This document shows, piece by piece, positions 15,504 to 23,765 of a stretch of DNA of 23,765 nt. The notes under the pieces were generated by a model. That model saw only the letters and a program-made list of their open reading frames with translations. It did not search any database and was not told where the DNA came from. Position 1 is the first letter of the stretch; each line of letters opens with the position of its first letter. The position numbers were made by a program, and so were the translations under genes. This stretch comes from a bacterium. Lineage in GTDB: Bacteria; Desulfobacterota; DSWW01. Location: positions 1-23,765 of the forward strand of contig JBFLZG010000083.1 in the NCBI GenBank assembly GCA_040756235.1, written 5' to 3'.

Positions 15504-16547
15504 ATGTCCTTCTTCCGATCCGCCAAGAGGGCGGCTCTCTGCGCGCTCGTCTTGTCCGCAGGCGCCCCGAGTCCGGGAGCGGCGGACCTATACGTTCATT
15601 TCCTGGTGGACCGATCCGGCAGCATGTGGACCCCCCTGGCAGGAGCTCCGAAGATCGAAAGTGTGATGCAAGGCATTACCAAGGCCCTCGAGGAGCTTCC
15701 GCCCGAGGTTGCCGTCGGGCTCCGAGTCTATCCCCCGCCTTACGGCGAGGGACAGGACCCGGGGCTTCGTGTCCGTCCGCTCCCGGGCGGGCGGGAGACG
15801 TTCGCGGAGGAATTGAGGCAGTTCAACCCCAAGGGCAGCGCGCCTCTTGCGGAGCACCTGGCGAAAGCGCTCGGGGACTTCCCGGCCGGGGACCACGGCA
15901 GAATCCTCCTGCTCATCTGTGACTCCTCGGATCTGCAGGGTGCCTCGTTCTGCGACGGCGGCGCGCGCTTCCGGAAGGTCCCGGAGGGACTACGACTGCA
16001 CATCCTGGCCCTGAACGTCGAGGACGCCGCAGAGCAGAACGAGCTGAACTGCCTGGCCGGTTCCCTTTCAGGAGAGATTCTCTACGTCGGCAACGACGGT
16101 TCCCTCCCCTCTTCCGTGGCCTCGATCTGCAGAAAAGCCTACCAGGAGGAAACGGATCGGCAGAAAAGGATCGCGGAGGAACGCCGGAGGCTGGAGGAGC
16201 TGTTGAGCAAGACGCGGGTCAGGCTGGAATTCCACAACACCCTGGACCCTTTTTTCGCTGACGCCGTCGAGATCATCGATTGCCGGATAGGAGACCGAGC
16301 CTTGTCTCTGCCTCCCCCTTCGCGCTTGGCCCCGAACGAGTCCCGCTTGCTTGCAGACGTGTCCGTCGCCGCCGGCGATCATCTCCTGGTGGTTCGGTAC
16401 AAGAAACGGAAGGGAGAGCAGGAAGTGATCAGCCGGGAAGCTTCCTTTCTGGTCACCGTGCGCGACGGGGAAACGACCCACATCAGGTGCTTCCCCCGGG
16501 GAGGTCTGTTTCACTGGGGCTGCCGGTTCAAAGACGTTTCCTCTTGA
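15504..16547 (+). CDS. Exported von Willebrand factor type A (vWA) domain protein
   Basis: Signal-peptide-like N-terminus, FLVDRSGSM (MIDAS DxSxS), VGLRVY and LLICD. SD AAGGAGG at 15485-15491. Confidence 0.8.
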   Translation: MSFFRSAKRAALCALVLSAGAPSPGAADLYVHFLVDRSGSMWTPLAGAPKIESVMQGITKALEELPPEVAVGLRVYPPPYGEGQDPGLRVRPLPGGRETFAEELRQFNPKGSAPLAEHLAKALGDFPAGDHGRILLLICDSSDLQGASFCDGGARFRKVPEGLRLHILALNVEDAAEQNELNCLAGSLSGEILYVGNDGSLPSSVASICRKAYQEETDRQKRIAEERRRLEELLSKTRVRLEFHNTLDPFFADAVEIIDCRIGDRALSLPPPSRLAPNESRLLADVSVAAGDHLLVVRYKKRKGEQEVISREASFLVTVRDGETTHIRCFPRGGLFHWGCRFKDVSS

Positions 16548-16622
16548 TTCCATCCGCGCTCGTCGGGGGCCTGGAGCGGAAGAGAACAGGCTGCGGCGAT
16601 CCCTCTGCCGGAACCACCCTGC

Positions 16623-17630
16623 ATGGATGAAGGTATGGGCTGCGCGCCGGAAGCCGACCGCATCGTTGCGAACCAGCCCTTTTCCGTCGCTGGTATCGGC
16701 CAGTGCTCGCTCGATTTCTTGTGTACGGTGGACCGCTACCCGGGCCCCGACACCAAATGCGAGTTCCGCGAGCTCGTGATTCAGGGGGGAGGGCCGGTCG
16801 CGACCGCCCTGGTGGCGCTCGCCCGGTGGGGATGCTCCACCCGCTTCTCCGGCGTGGTCTGTCCGGACTCTTTCGGCAGTCAGATCCTGAGCGGCCTGGA
16901 AGAGGAAGGAGTCGATGTGCGCTTCGTCACCCGCCGCGCGGGGGGCCGGAGCCAGTTCGCCTTCATCTGCATCGACGAGAACGGGAAGAGAACGATCTTC
17001 TGGCGCCGGCCCGAAGCACTGCCGCTGCAGCCGAACGAAGTGCCCGAGGACTTCCTCGAGGGCATCCGCGTGCTGCACCTGGACGGGCTTTTCGCAGAGG
17101 CTTCCCGGAGCGCAGCCTTGAAGGCGCGCAGGCTGGGGATTCCCGTGGTCCTGGACGCCGGGGCGGTCCGGCCTGGAATGCTGTCCCTGATTCGCCACAC
17201 GGATCATCTGATCTGCGCCGAAGAGTTCGCCAGACAGTTCGATCCCGGGGCCCCGCTCTCGGCCGTCCTTCGAAAGCTGAAGCAAATGGGGCCTCAGGTG
17301 GTCTGCGTGACCTTGGGGGAGCGGGGCTCGGCGTGCCTCTGGGAGGACACCCCCTACCATCTGCCGGCCCTCCCGGTACGGGCCAGGGACACGACCGGCG
17401 CAGGGGACGTCTTTCACGCCGGCTACATCTACGGCCTTTTCAGAAGCTGGCCTCCCGGCGACCGCTTCCGCTGGGCCGCGGCGGCGGCGGCGCTGAGCTG
17501 CCTGCAGATCGGCGGCCGCTCGGGCATCCCGAGCCCCGCAAGCGTGGAGGAGCGGCTGGGAAGCCTCGGGCCGTATCGGGTGCTTGCGGATGATTCGCCT
17601 GCGAGCCGGCAGGAGAGCGATCGAAGATAG
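16623..17630 (+). CDS. PfkB/ribokinase-family carbohydrate kinase
   Basis: GGGPVATALVALARWG, VVLDAG, VTLGERG and DTTGAGDVF motifs. Exact start uncertain. Confidence 0.92.
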   Translation: MDEGMGCAPEADRIVANQPFSVAGIGQCSLDFLCTVDRYPGPDTKCEFRELVIQGGGPVATALVALARWGCSTRFSGVVCPDSFGSQILSGLEEEGVDVRFVTRRAGGRSQFAFICIDENGKRTIFWRRPEALPLQPNEVPEDFLEGIRVLHLDGLFAEASRSAALKARRLGIPVVLDAGAVRPGMLSLIRHTDHLICAEEFARQFDPGAPLSAVLRKLKQMGPQVVCVTLGERGSACLWEDTPYHLPALPVRARDTTGAGDVFHAGYIYGLFRSWPPGDRFRWAAAAAALSCLQIGGRSGIPSPASVEERLGSLGPYRVLADDSPASRQESDRR

Positions 17631-17889
17631 CTGGCGCAGCTCGAGCCGCCGGCCCGGCGCGCGGCCCGCGACCGGCACTGTCCCGGGCCGCAGCCGGAAT
17701 GAGATGTCCGCTGGCCTCGCTCTTCCGGGAGGTTCGAGCCTGCCCGTGATCGGTTGCCCTCGGCGCATGAGTCGGCTATCCTTGTCAGCCTCGAACCGCG
17801 CAAACCTCCGGCCGGAGCGCCGGGGACGAAACCAACTCGTGTTGGCCTGAGCGGTATCCGCACCCAGCAGTGATCCAAGGAGAAGTCAG

Positions 17890-18093
17890 ATGCCAGTTGC
17901 GCGCGTGACGGAAGTGATCGGGATCTCTCCGCTCGGATGGAAAGAGGCTTTGGACGAGGCGTTGGACCGAGCCAACAAGACCCTTCGCAACATCACACAC
18001 GTAAAGATCATCTCTCAACAGGCGACCGTGGACAACGGCAAGATCCGGGATTACCGCGTGACGTGCGACATCACGTTCATCCTGGAAGAATAA
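17890..18093 (+). CDS. Dodecin-family protein (flavin-binding)
   Basis: VTEVIGISPLGWKEAL...ANKTLRNI...YRVTCDITF, 67 aa; SD AAGGAG. Confidence 0.9.
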   Translation: MPVARVTEVIGISPLGWKEALDEALDRANKTLRNITHVKIISQQATVDNGKIRDYRVTCDITFILEE

Positions 18094-18132
18094 GAGCGCT
18101 CTCTCGATTCGTTGCCTCCAGGAAAGATGCAA

Positions 18133-19536
18133 ATGGAATTTTCGATCATCCTTCTGGCTGCGGGCAAGGGCACCCGCATGAAATCATCTGTAATCAAGGT
18201 CCTGCACCCTCTGGCAGGGCGGCCCCTGCTGGCTTATGGTCTGGAGCTGGCCCGGCGGCTGGAGCCGCGAAGGATCCTGGCCGTGATCGGCCACCAGGCC
18301 GATCAAGTGCGAGCGGCCTTCGCGCACGAGGGCCCCGAGGTCACCTGGGTGCTGCAGCCGGAGCAGAAGGGGACCGCTGATGCCGTTGCCTGCGCCCTCC
18401 CGTTCTTGGACGCGCCCGAGGGGACCGTGCTCATCCATTACGGGGACGTTCCCCTGCTCAGGAAAGAGTCCCTCGCCGAGCTGTTGAGCGAGCACAGGAC
18501 GCAGGGCTCCCGGCTCACCTTCCTGACCGCGCGCCTGGAAAACCCGAAGGGGTACGGGAGGATGGTCCGGGACGGCAGCGGCAGGCTCCTGCGCATCGTG
18601 GAGGAAGCGGACGCGACCGACGAGGAGCGGAACCTTCGCGAAATCAACACCGGAATCACGTGCGTCGAGGTTCCTTTTCTGCTCGAAGCACTGGACCGGC
18701 TGGACGCCAACAACGCCAAGGGGGAGCTCTACCTGACGGACATTGCGGCTTACGGCGTCTCCAGGGGGCTGCGGATCGGCTCGGTCTGCACTCCGGAACC
18801 CTTCCGCGCCCTGGGGATCAATACGCGCAAGGACCTGGCCGAGGCCGATCGCATCCTGCGCCTGGAGATCTGCGAGCGCTGGATGCTGGAGGGCGTCAGC
18901 ATCGTCGAACCGCTGCAGACGTACATCGATGCTTCCGTCGCGATCGGTGCGGACACTCGAATCGAGCCGGGCTGCCATCTCAAGGGAAGCACCCGGGTCG
19001 GGAACGACTGCCTCATCGAGGCGGGTTCCGTGATCGCCGATTCCGTGATCGGCGACGGCGTGCAAGTGCGCCCTTACTCCGTCATCCGGGAGAGCCGCAT
19101 CGGCGATCAGGTGCTGGTCGGGCCGATGGCCCACCTCAGGCCGGGCACGGTCCTGGAGAGCGGGGTGCGCGTCGGCAACTTCGTGGAGATCAAGACGACC
19201 CGGGTCGGCGAACGCTCCAAGGCGGCTCACCTGAGCTACCTGGGCGACTGCGACATCGGCAAGGACGTCAACGTGGGCTGCGGGACGATCACGTGCAACT
19301 ACGACGGACGGGCCAAGCATCGCACGGTGATCGAGGACGAGGCCTTCATCGGCAGCGACACCCAGCTCGTGGCGCCGGTCACGGTGGGCCGCGGCGCCTA
19401 CATCGGCTCCGGGTCCACCATCACGAGGGACGTGCCGCGCGATGCGCTCGCCGTCAGCCGTGCCCGCCAGAAGGTGGTCGAGGGGTGGGCCCTCACCAGG
19501 AAGACCGTCAAGAACAAGCCCGGACCAGAGGGGTGA
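18133..19536 (+). CDS. glmU: Bifunctional UDP-GlcNAc pyrophosphorylase / glucosamine-1-phosphate acetyltransferase
   Basis: LAAGKGTRMKS, EQKGTADAV, GDVPL, EINTG, GELYLTD, hexapeptide repeats, GNFVEIK, HLSYLGD and CNYDG. Start is ATG 18133 or 18127. Confidence 0.97.
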   Translation: MEFSIILLAAGKGTRMKSSVIKVLHPLAGRPLLAYGLELARRLEPRRILAVIGHQADQVRAAFAHEGPEVTWVLQPEQKGTADAVACALPFLDAPEGTVLIHYGDVPLLRKESLAELLSEHRTQGSRLTFLTARLENPKGYGRMVRDGSGRLLRIVEEADATDEERNLREINTGITCVEVPFLLEALDRLDANNAKGELYLTDIAAYGVSRGLRIGSVCTPEPFRALGINTRKDLAEADRILRLEICERWMLEGVSIVEPLQTYIDASVAIGADTRIEPGCHLKGSTRVGNDCLIEAGSVIADSVIGDGVQVRPYSVIRESRIGDQVLVGPMAHLRPGTVLESGVRVGNFVEIKTTRVGERSKAAHLSYLGDCDIGKDVNVGCGTITCNYDGRAKHRTVIEDEAFIGSDTQLVAPVTVGRGAYIGSGSTITRDVPRDALAVSRARQKVVEGWALTRKTVKNKPGPEG

Positions 19537-19542
19537 TGGGCC

Positions 19543-21375
19543 ATGTGCGGAATCGTCGGTTACGTCGGATATCGGAAATCAGCGGCCCTCCTGCTGGAAG
19601 GCTTGAAGAAGCTCGAATACCGCGGTTATGACTCGGCCGGCATCGCCTTGATGGACGAATCCGACCGGATCCACATCCGCCGTACGGAAGGGAAACTGAG
19701 CCGGCTGATCGAAGAAGTCCAGGGCAACCCCTGCGACGGCTCGGTCGGGATCGGGCACACGAGATGGGCCACCCACGGGAGGCCCTCGGAGGTCAACGCT
19801 CACCCGCATCGCTCCGGCGCGGTCGTGGTCGTCCACAACGGCATCATCGAGAACTACCTGGAGCTCCGCGACCAGCTGCAGGCTCGCGGCCGCACCTTCC
19901 TGTCGGAAACCGACACGGAGATCATCGCCCATCTGATCGATCTCCACCTCGAGGAATCGGCGCCGTTCGCCGAAGCCGTACGCATGGCGCTCAAGCAGGT
20001 GAAAGGGTCGTACGCCATTGGGGTTCTCTGCGAAAAAGAGCCTCGCGTCCTGATCGGCGCGAAGAAGGCCAGCCCTCTGGTCGTCGGCATCGGCCAGTCG
20101 GAGCATTTTCTGGCCTCCGATGTGCCGGCCCTGCTCGATCACACGCGCCAGATGATCTTTCTCGAAGACGAAGAAATGGTGGCCCTCAGCTCGGACGGGT
20201 ACGACATCAGCGATCTGGCCGGCCGGCCGGTCCGGCGCGAGCCGACCCACATCTCCTGGACGCCGATGATGGCCGAGAAGGGCGGCTACAAGCACTTCAT
20301 GCTCAAGGAGATCCACGAGCAGCCTCGGGGCATCACCGATACAATCCGGGGGCGCATCCTGGGCCGGAAGAAGGAGATCTACCTGGGCGACACGGGGCTG
20401 GACGAAGAGACTCTGAAGAAGACCGAGAAGATCCACCTGGTCGCTTGCGGCACGTCGTGGCACGCGGCCCTGGTCGGCAAGTTCATGCTCGAAAGCCTGG
20501 CCCGGATTCCGACCGAGGTCGACCTGGGCTCGGAGTTCCGCTATCGGGACCCGATCCTCGGCAAACAAACGCTTTTCATCTCCATCTCCCAGTCCGGAGA
20601 GACGGCCGACACCCTGGCGGCGCACGAGGAGGCGCGGCGCAAGGGATGCGTGACGCTGGCCGTCTGCAACGTCGTGGACTCGAGCCTGGCGAGGAAGTCC
20701 CAGGGCGTCTTCTATACGCACGCAGGCCCTGAAATGAGCGTGGCTTCCACCAAGGCTTTCACCACACAGCTCACCAGCCTCTACCTGATCAGCCTGCAGC
20801 TGGGGAGGCTGTTCGGCAGGATTTCGGAGGAGGCGATGGAGCAGCACCTGACGGAGCTCAGGAAGCTGCCGCTGCTGCTGGAAGACGTTCTCGCGCGCGA
20901 GAGGACGGTCGAGACCGTGGCGCGCAAGTACGCCCTCTACGAAGATTTCCTCTATCTCGGGCGCGGCATCCACTATCCGGTCGCGCTGGAGGGGGCCTTG
21001 AAGCTCAAAGAGATCTCCTACATTCACGCCGAGGGCTATCCGGCCGGCGAGATGAAGCACGGGCCGATCGCGCTCATCGACGAGCACTGCCCGACGGTCG
21101 TCCTGCTGCCCAGAAACGAGCTCTACGAAAAGGTGTTCAACAACCTGGAAGAGGTCAAGGCGCGCAACGGCAGCGTGGTCGCGGTCGTGAACTACGGAGA
21201 CACGGAAGCCGAGAAGCACGCGGACGACCTCATCTACGTGCCGGAAAGCAATCCTTTCCTCTCCCCCGTTCTGATGACCGTTCCCTTGCAGCTCCTGGCG
21301 TACCACATCGCCGTGATCAAGGGCACGGACGTCGACCAACCCCGGAATCTCGCCAAGAGCGTCACCGTTGAGTAG
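19543..21375 (+). CDS. glmS: Glutamine--fructose-6-phosphate aminotransferase
   Basis: MCGIVG, EYRGYDSAG, GHTRWATHG, SQSGETADT, ALKLKEISYIHAEG and the terminal PRNLAKSVTVE. Confidence 0.98.
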   Translation: MCGIVGYVGYRKSAALLLEGLKKLEYRGYDSAGIALMDESDRIHIRRTEGKLSRLIEEVQGNPCDGSVGIGHTRWATHGRPSEVNAHPHRSGAVVVVHNGIIENYLELRDQLQARGRTFLSETDTEIIAHLIDLHLEESAPFAEAVRMALKQVKGSYAIGVLCEKEPRVLIGAKKASPLVVGIGQSEHFLASDVPALLDHTRQMIFLEDEEMVALSSDGYDISDLAGRPVRREPTHISWTPMMAEKGGYKHFMLKEIHEQPRGITDTIRGRILGRKKEIYLGDTGLDEETLKKTEKIHLVACGTSWHAALVGKFMLESLARIPTEVDLGSEFRYRDPILGKQTLFISISQSGETADTLAAHEEARRKGCVTLAVCNVVDSSLARKSQGVFYTHAGPEMSVASTKAFTTQLTSLYLISLQLGRLFGRISEEAMEQHLTELRKLPLLLEDVLARERTVETVARKYALYEDFLYLGRGIHYPVALEGALKLKEISYIHAEGYPAGEMKHGPIALIDEHCPTVVLLPRNELYEKVFNNLEEVKARNGSVVAVVNYGDTEAEKHADDLIYVPESNPFLSPVLMTVPLQLLAYHIAVIKGTDVDQPRNLAKSVTVE

Positions 21376-21400
21376 CGGGACAGAGGTATCCGATCGCTCC

Positions 21401-23635
21401 ATGGATCTCGAGCGGGAGCTGAACCCTCAACAGAAAGAGGCGGTCCTCTATCGGGGCGGACCGCTGCTGGTGCTGGCGGGCGCCGGAAGCGGCAAGACCC
21501 GGGTCCTGACCTACCGGATCGCCCACCTGCTGCACGACCGGGGGGTGCCGCCCTTTCGATTGCTGGCGATTACCTTCACCAACAAGGCCGCGGAGGAGAT
21601 GCGCAGGCGCATCTCCCAGCTTCTGGGCACGGCCAGCCAGGGCATGTGGATCGGCACGTTCCACGCGATCTGCGCCCGCATCCTGCGACAGCACATCGAC
21701 CGCCTCGGATTCGCCAGGAACTTCGTCATCTACGATGAATCCGACCAGCTCCGTGCCATCAAGGCCTGCTTCCAGAAGCTCGGCATCTCGGACAAACGCG
21801 TGAAGCCCGTGGCCGTGCTCGGAATGCTGGAAAAGGCCAAGAACCAGGGGCTGGATGCGCCCGAGGCCGTGGTCGACTCCCCTGCCAACGCGGCCCATCT
21901 GGAAGCGCTGTTCGGAGCGTACAGGAGCTATCTGAAGGAGGCCAACGCGCTCGATTTCGCGGACCTGATCCTCATGGCCCGCCGGCTCCTCCAGGAACAA
22001 CCCGATCTGCTGTCCCAGTACCGGGAGCGCTTCCGGGCGATCCTGGTGGACGAGTACCAGGACACGAACCAGGCCCAGCACCTGCTTCTGAAGACTCTGG
22101 TCCCCCCGGGCGGGGACCTGTGCGTGGTGGGAGACGACGACCAGTCCATCTACCGGTGGCGCGGGGCCGACGTGCAGAACCTGCTGCGCTTCGCGGAAGA
22201 CTTCCCGGGTGCCCGCATCCTGGTTCTGGAGCAGAACTATCGATCGACCAAGAACATCCTCGGGGCGGCCGAGGCAGTGGCCCGGAAGAACCCCGAGCGA
22301 CATCCGAAGGTCCTCTGGACGGCCAACGAAACCGGGGAGAAGCTTTCCTTCTTCGCGGCCGACAGCCCGGACGAAGAAGCCAGGCTCGTGGCTGAGGAGA
22401 TCCGTTCTCTCGTCTCGAGCGGTCGCGCTTCTTACCGGGAAATCGGAGTCCTGTTCCGTACGAACGCCCAGTCGCGGCCGTTCGAAGAGCTCTTCGTGCC
22501 GTTGCGCATCCCCTATGCCGTCGTGGGGTTCCTGCGGTTTTACGAGAGGGCCGAAGTCAAGGATCTTCTCTCCTATATGCGCTTCCTTTCCAACCCGAGA
22601 GACTCGGTCAGCCTCCGGAGGATCCTGAACCGGCCGGCCCGCGGCATCGGGCAGACGACGGAGAAGGCCCTCGCCGATTTTGCGGACGCCCGCGGCTCGA
22701 CCCTATGGGAAGCCGTTGAGGCCGCCGCGGCCGGCGGGCTCGATCTGCCCGATGTCGCGAGAAGGAGGATTGCGGAGTTCCGCAACCTCGTGCTCCGTCT
22801 GCGCGAATGCCTGGGCACGCGGGCTTTCCTGTCGTCATGGATCGAAGAGATCATCAAGCAGACCGGATACCGCAACTACCTGGAGGGGCTGCCGGACGGG
22901 GAGCGAAAGTCCGAGAACCTGGAAGAGCTGGTCCGGACTGCCGATGTATTCGAGGAGAGCCAGGAGGAAGGGGCCTTCCCCGACGTCCTGACGGCCTTTC
23001 TGGAGAGGGTGTCCCTGGTGAGCGAAGTCGATCGCTACGACAGCCGCGCGGACTGCGTCACCCTGATGACCCTGCACTGCGCCAAGGGACTGGAATTCGA
23101 AACCGTCTTCCTGACCGGCATGGAAGAAGGGCTCCTGCCCCACCTGCGATCCAGCTTGCAGTGGGAGGAGCTTGCCGAGGAGAGGCGCCTCTGCTACGTC
23201 GGCATGACCCGGGCCCGGCGCAAGCTCTACCTGTCCCGGTCACGCGTGCGCTCGATCTACGGAGAACGCAAGCAGACCCGCCCCAGCTCGTTCCTGAGAG
23301 ATATTCCCCAGGATCTGCTGGAGCCGCTGGATGAGACCGAAGCGTGGGACGAGTCGGCCGGACAAGTCCGTTTCGGGCGGACCCGCACGCGCTCCCAGGA
23401 CCCCATGCTCGATCCTGCGCCTTCGAAGTGGAACCTGCCGCCGATACCCCAGGCGAGTCGCACGGCCAAGACCTCCGAGTACCGGGTGGGCGACCTCATC
23501 GAGCACGAGGATCTGGGGAAGGGGACCGTGCGCAAGGTCGAAGGCTCGGGCGACAAGGAGAAGATCACCGTCCAGTTCCGCTCCGCCGGCATCCGCAAGC
23601 TGATGGCCAGCTTGTCCCCCATCCGCAAGCTTTAG
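21401..23635 (+). CDS. pcrA: ATP-dependent DNA helicase PcrA/UvrD
   Basis: LNPQQ, AGAGSGKT, TFTNKAA, VDEYQD, GDDDQSIY, QNYRS, TLHCAKGLEF and EERRLCYVGMTRA, plus a C-terminal Tudor-like domain. ATG 21401 is preferred over TTG 21368. Confidence 0.96.
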   Translation: MDLERELNPQQKEAVLYRGGPLLVLAGAGSGKTRVLTYRIAHLLHDRGVPPFRLLAITFTNKAAEEMRRRISQLLGTASQGMWIGTFHAICARILRQHIDRLGFARNFVIYDESDQLRAIKACFQKLGISDKRVKPVAVLGMLEKAKNQGLDAPEAVVDSPANAAHLEALFGAYRSYLKEANALDFADLILMARRLLQEQPDLLSQYRERFRAILVDEYQDTNQAQHLLLKTLVPPGGDLCVVGDDDQSIYRWRGADVQNLLRFAEDFPGARILVLEQNYRSTKNILGAAEAVARKNPERHPKVLWTANETGEKLSFFAADSPDEEARLVAEEIRSLVSSGRASYREIGVLFRTNAQSRPFEELFVPLRIPYAVVGFLRFYERAEVKDLLSYMRFLSNPRDSVSLRRILNRPARGIGQTTEKALADFADARGSTLWEAVEAAAAGGLDLPDVARRRIAEFRNLVLRLRECLGTRAFLSSWIEEIIKQTGYRNYLEGLPDGERKSENLEELVRTADVFEESQEEGAFPDVLTAFLERVSLVSEVDRYDSRADCVTLMTLHCAKGLEFETVFLTGMEEGLLPHLRSSLQWEELAEERRLCYVGMTRARRKLYLSRSRVRSIYGERKQTRPSSFLRDIPQDLLEPLDETEAWDESAGQVRFGRTRTRSQDPMLDPAPSKWNLPPIPQASRTAKTSEYRVGDLIEHEDLGKGTVRKVEGSGDKEKITVQFRSAGIRKLMASLSPIRKL

Positions 23636-23638
23636 CTG

Positions 23639-23763
23639 GAGCCTGTCCCAAAACGCCCATCTGCGGCGTTGCGCTCGTCCCTCGTCACTGCGGCGTACTG
23701 AAATGTACGCCTCATTCCTCGGGATTTCGCGCGCCTTGCATCTGGGCATTTTTGAACAGGCTC
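23639..23763. repeat. 125-bp imperfect palindrome, MITE-like / extragenic repeat
   Basis: Terminal IR GAGCCTGT (23639-23646) / ACAGGCTC (23756-23763). Pairing continues inward via CAAAA/TTTTG, GCCCA/TGGGC, TGC/GCA and GGCG/CGCC to a central GGCGTAC (23692-23698) / GTACGCC (23705-23711). It begins 3 bp after the pcrA stop. Confidence 0.75.
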
Positions 23764-23765
23764 TC

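Noticed and set aside
19537..19542. glmS ribozyme upstream of glmS
   Set aside because: Only 6 bp separate glmU and glmS, leaving no room.
1..23765. CRISPR arrays, rRNA, full tRNAs, transposases or defence systems
   Set aside because: I saw no regularly spaced repeats or corresponding motifs, and almost all the sequence is explained by housekeeping CDSs.

Overview
High-GC bacterial chromosomal segment, probably from a Desulfobacterota/deltaproteobacterium (inferred from protein style only). Bases 1-623 look like the right end of an integrated element: an AlpA-family gene, a pair of candidate integrase arm repeats, an exact IHF consensus, and a duplicated tRNA-Ala/tmRNA 3' end followed by a terminator. 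Next is a 35-aa Lys/Ala/Pro histone-H1-like microprotein gene (758-865, minus) that the ORF track missed. It has its own SD, promoter and terminator, with NrdR-box-like operators over the promoter. The rest is mostly core genome. A minus-strand ppiD-gloB-radical SAM unit diverges from mreBCD-mrdA-rodA-gmhA-(deoxyhypusine-synthase-like)-DUF62-M50 protease. A convergent phasin-like gene follows, then DUF4321-vWA-PfkB-dodecin-glmU-glmS-pcrA, and the window ends in a 125-bp palindromic MITE-like repeat. No large novel multi-gene system is evident. The best leads are the microprotein and its regulation, the att site, the DHS-like gene coupled to gmhA, and the terminal repeat.
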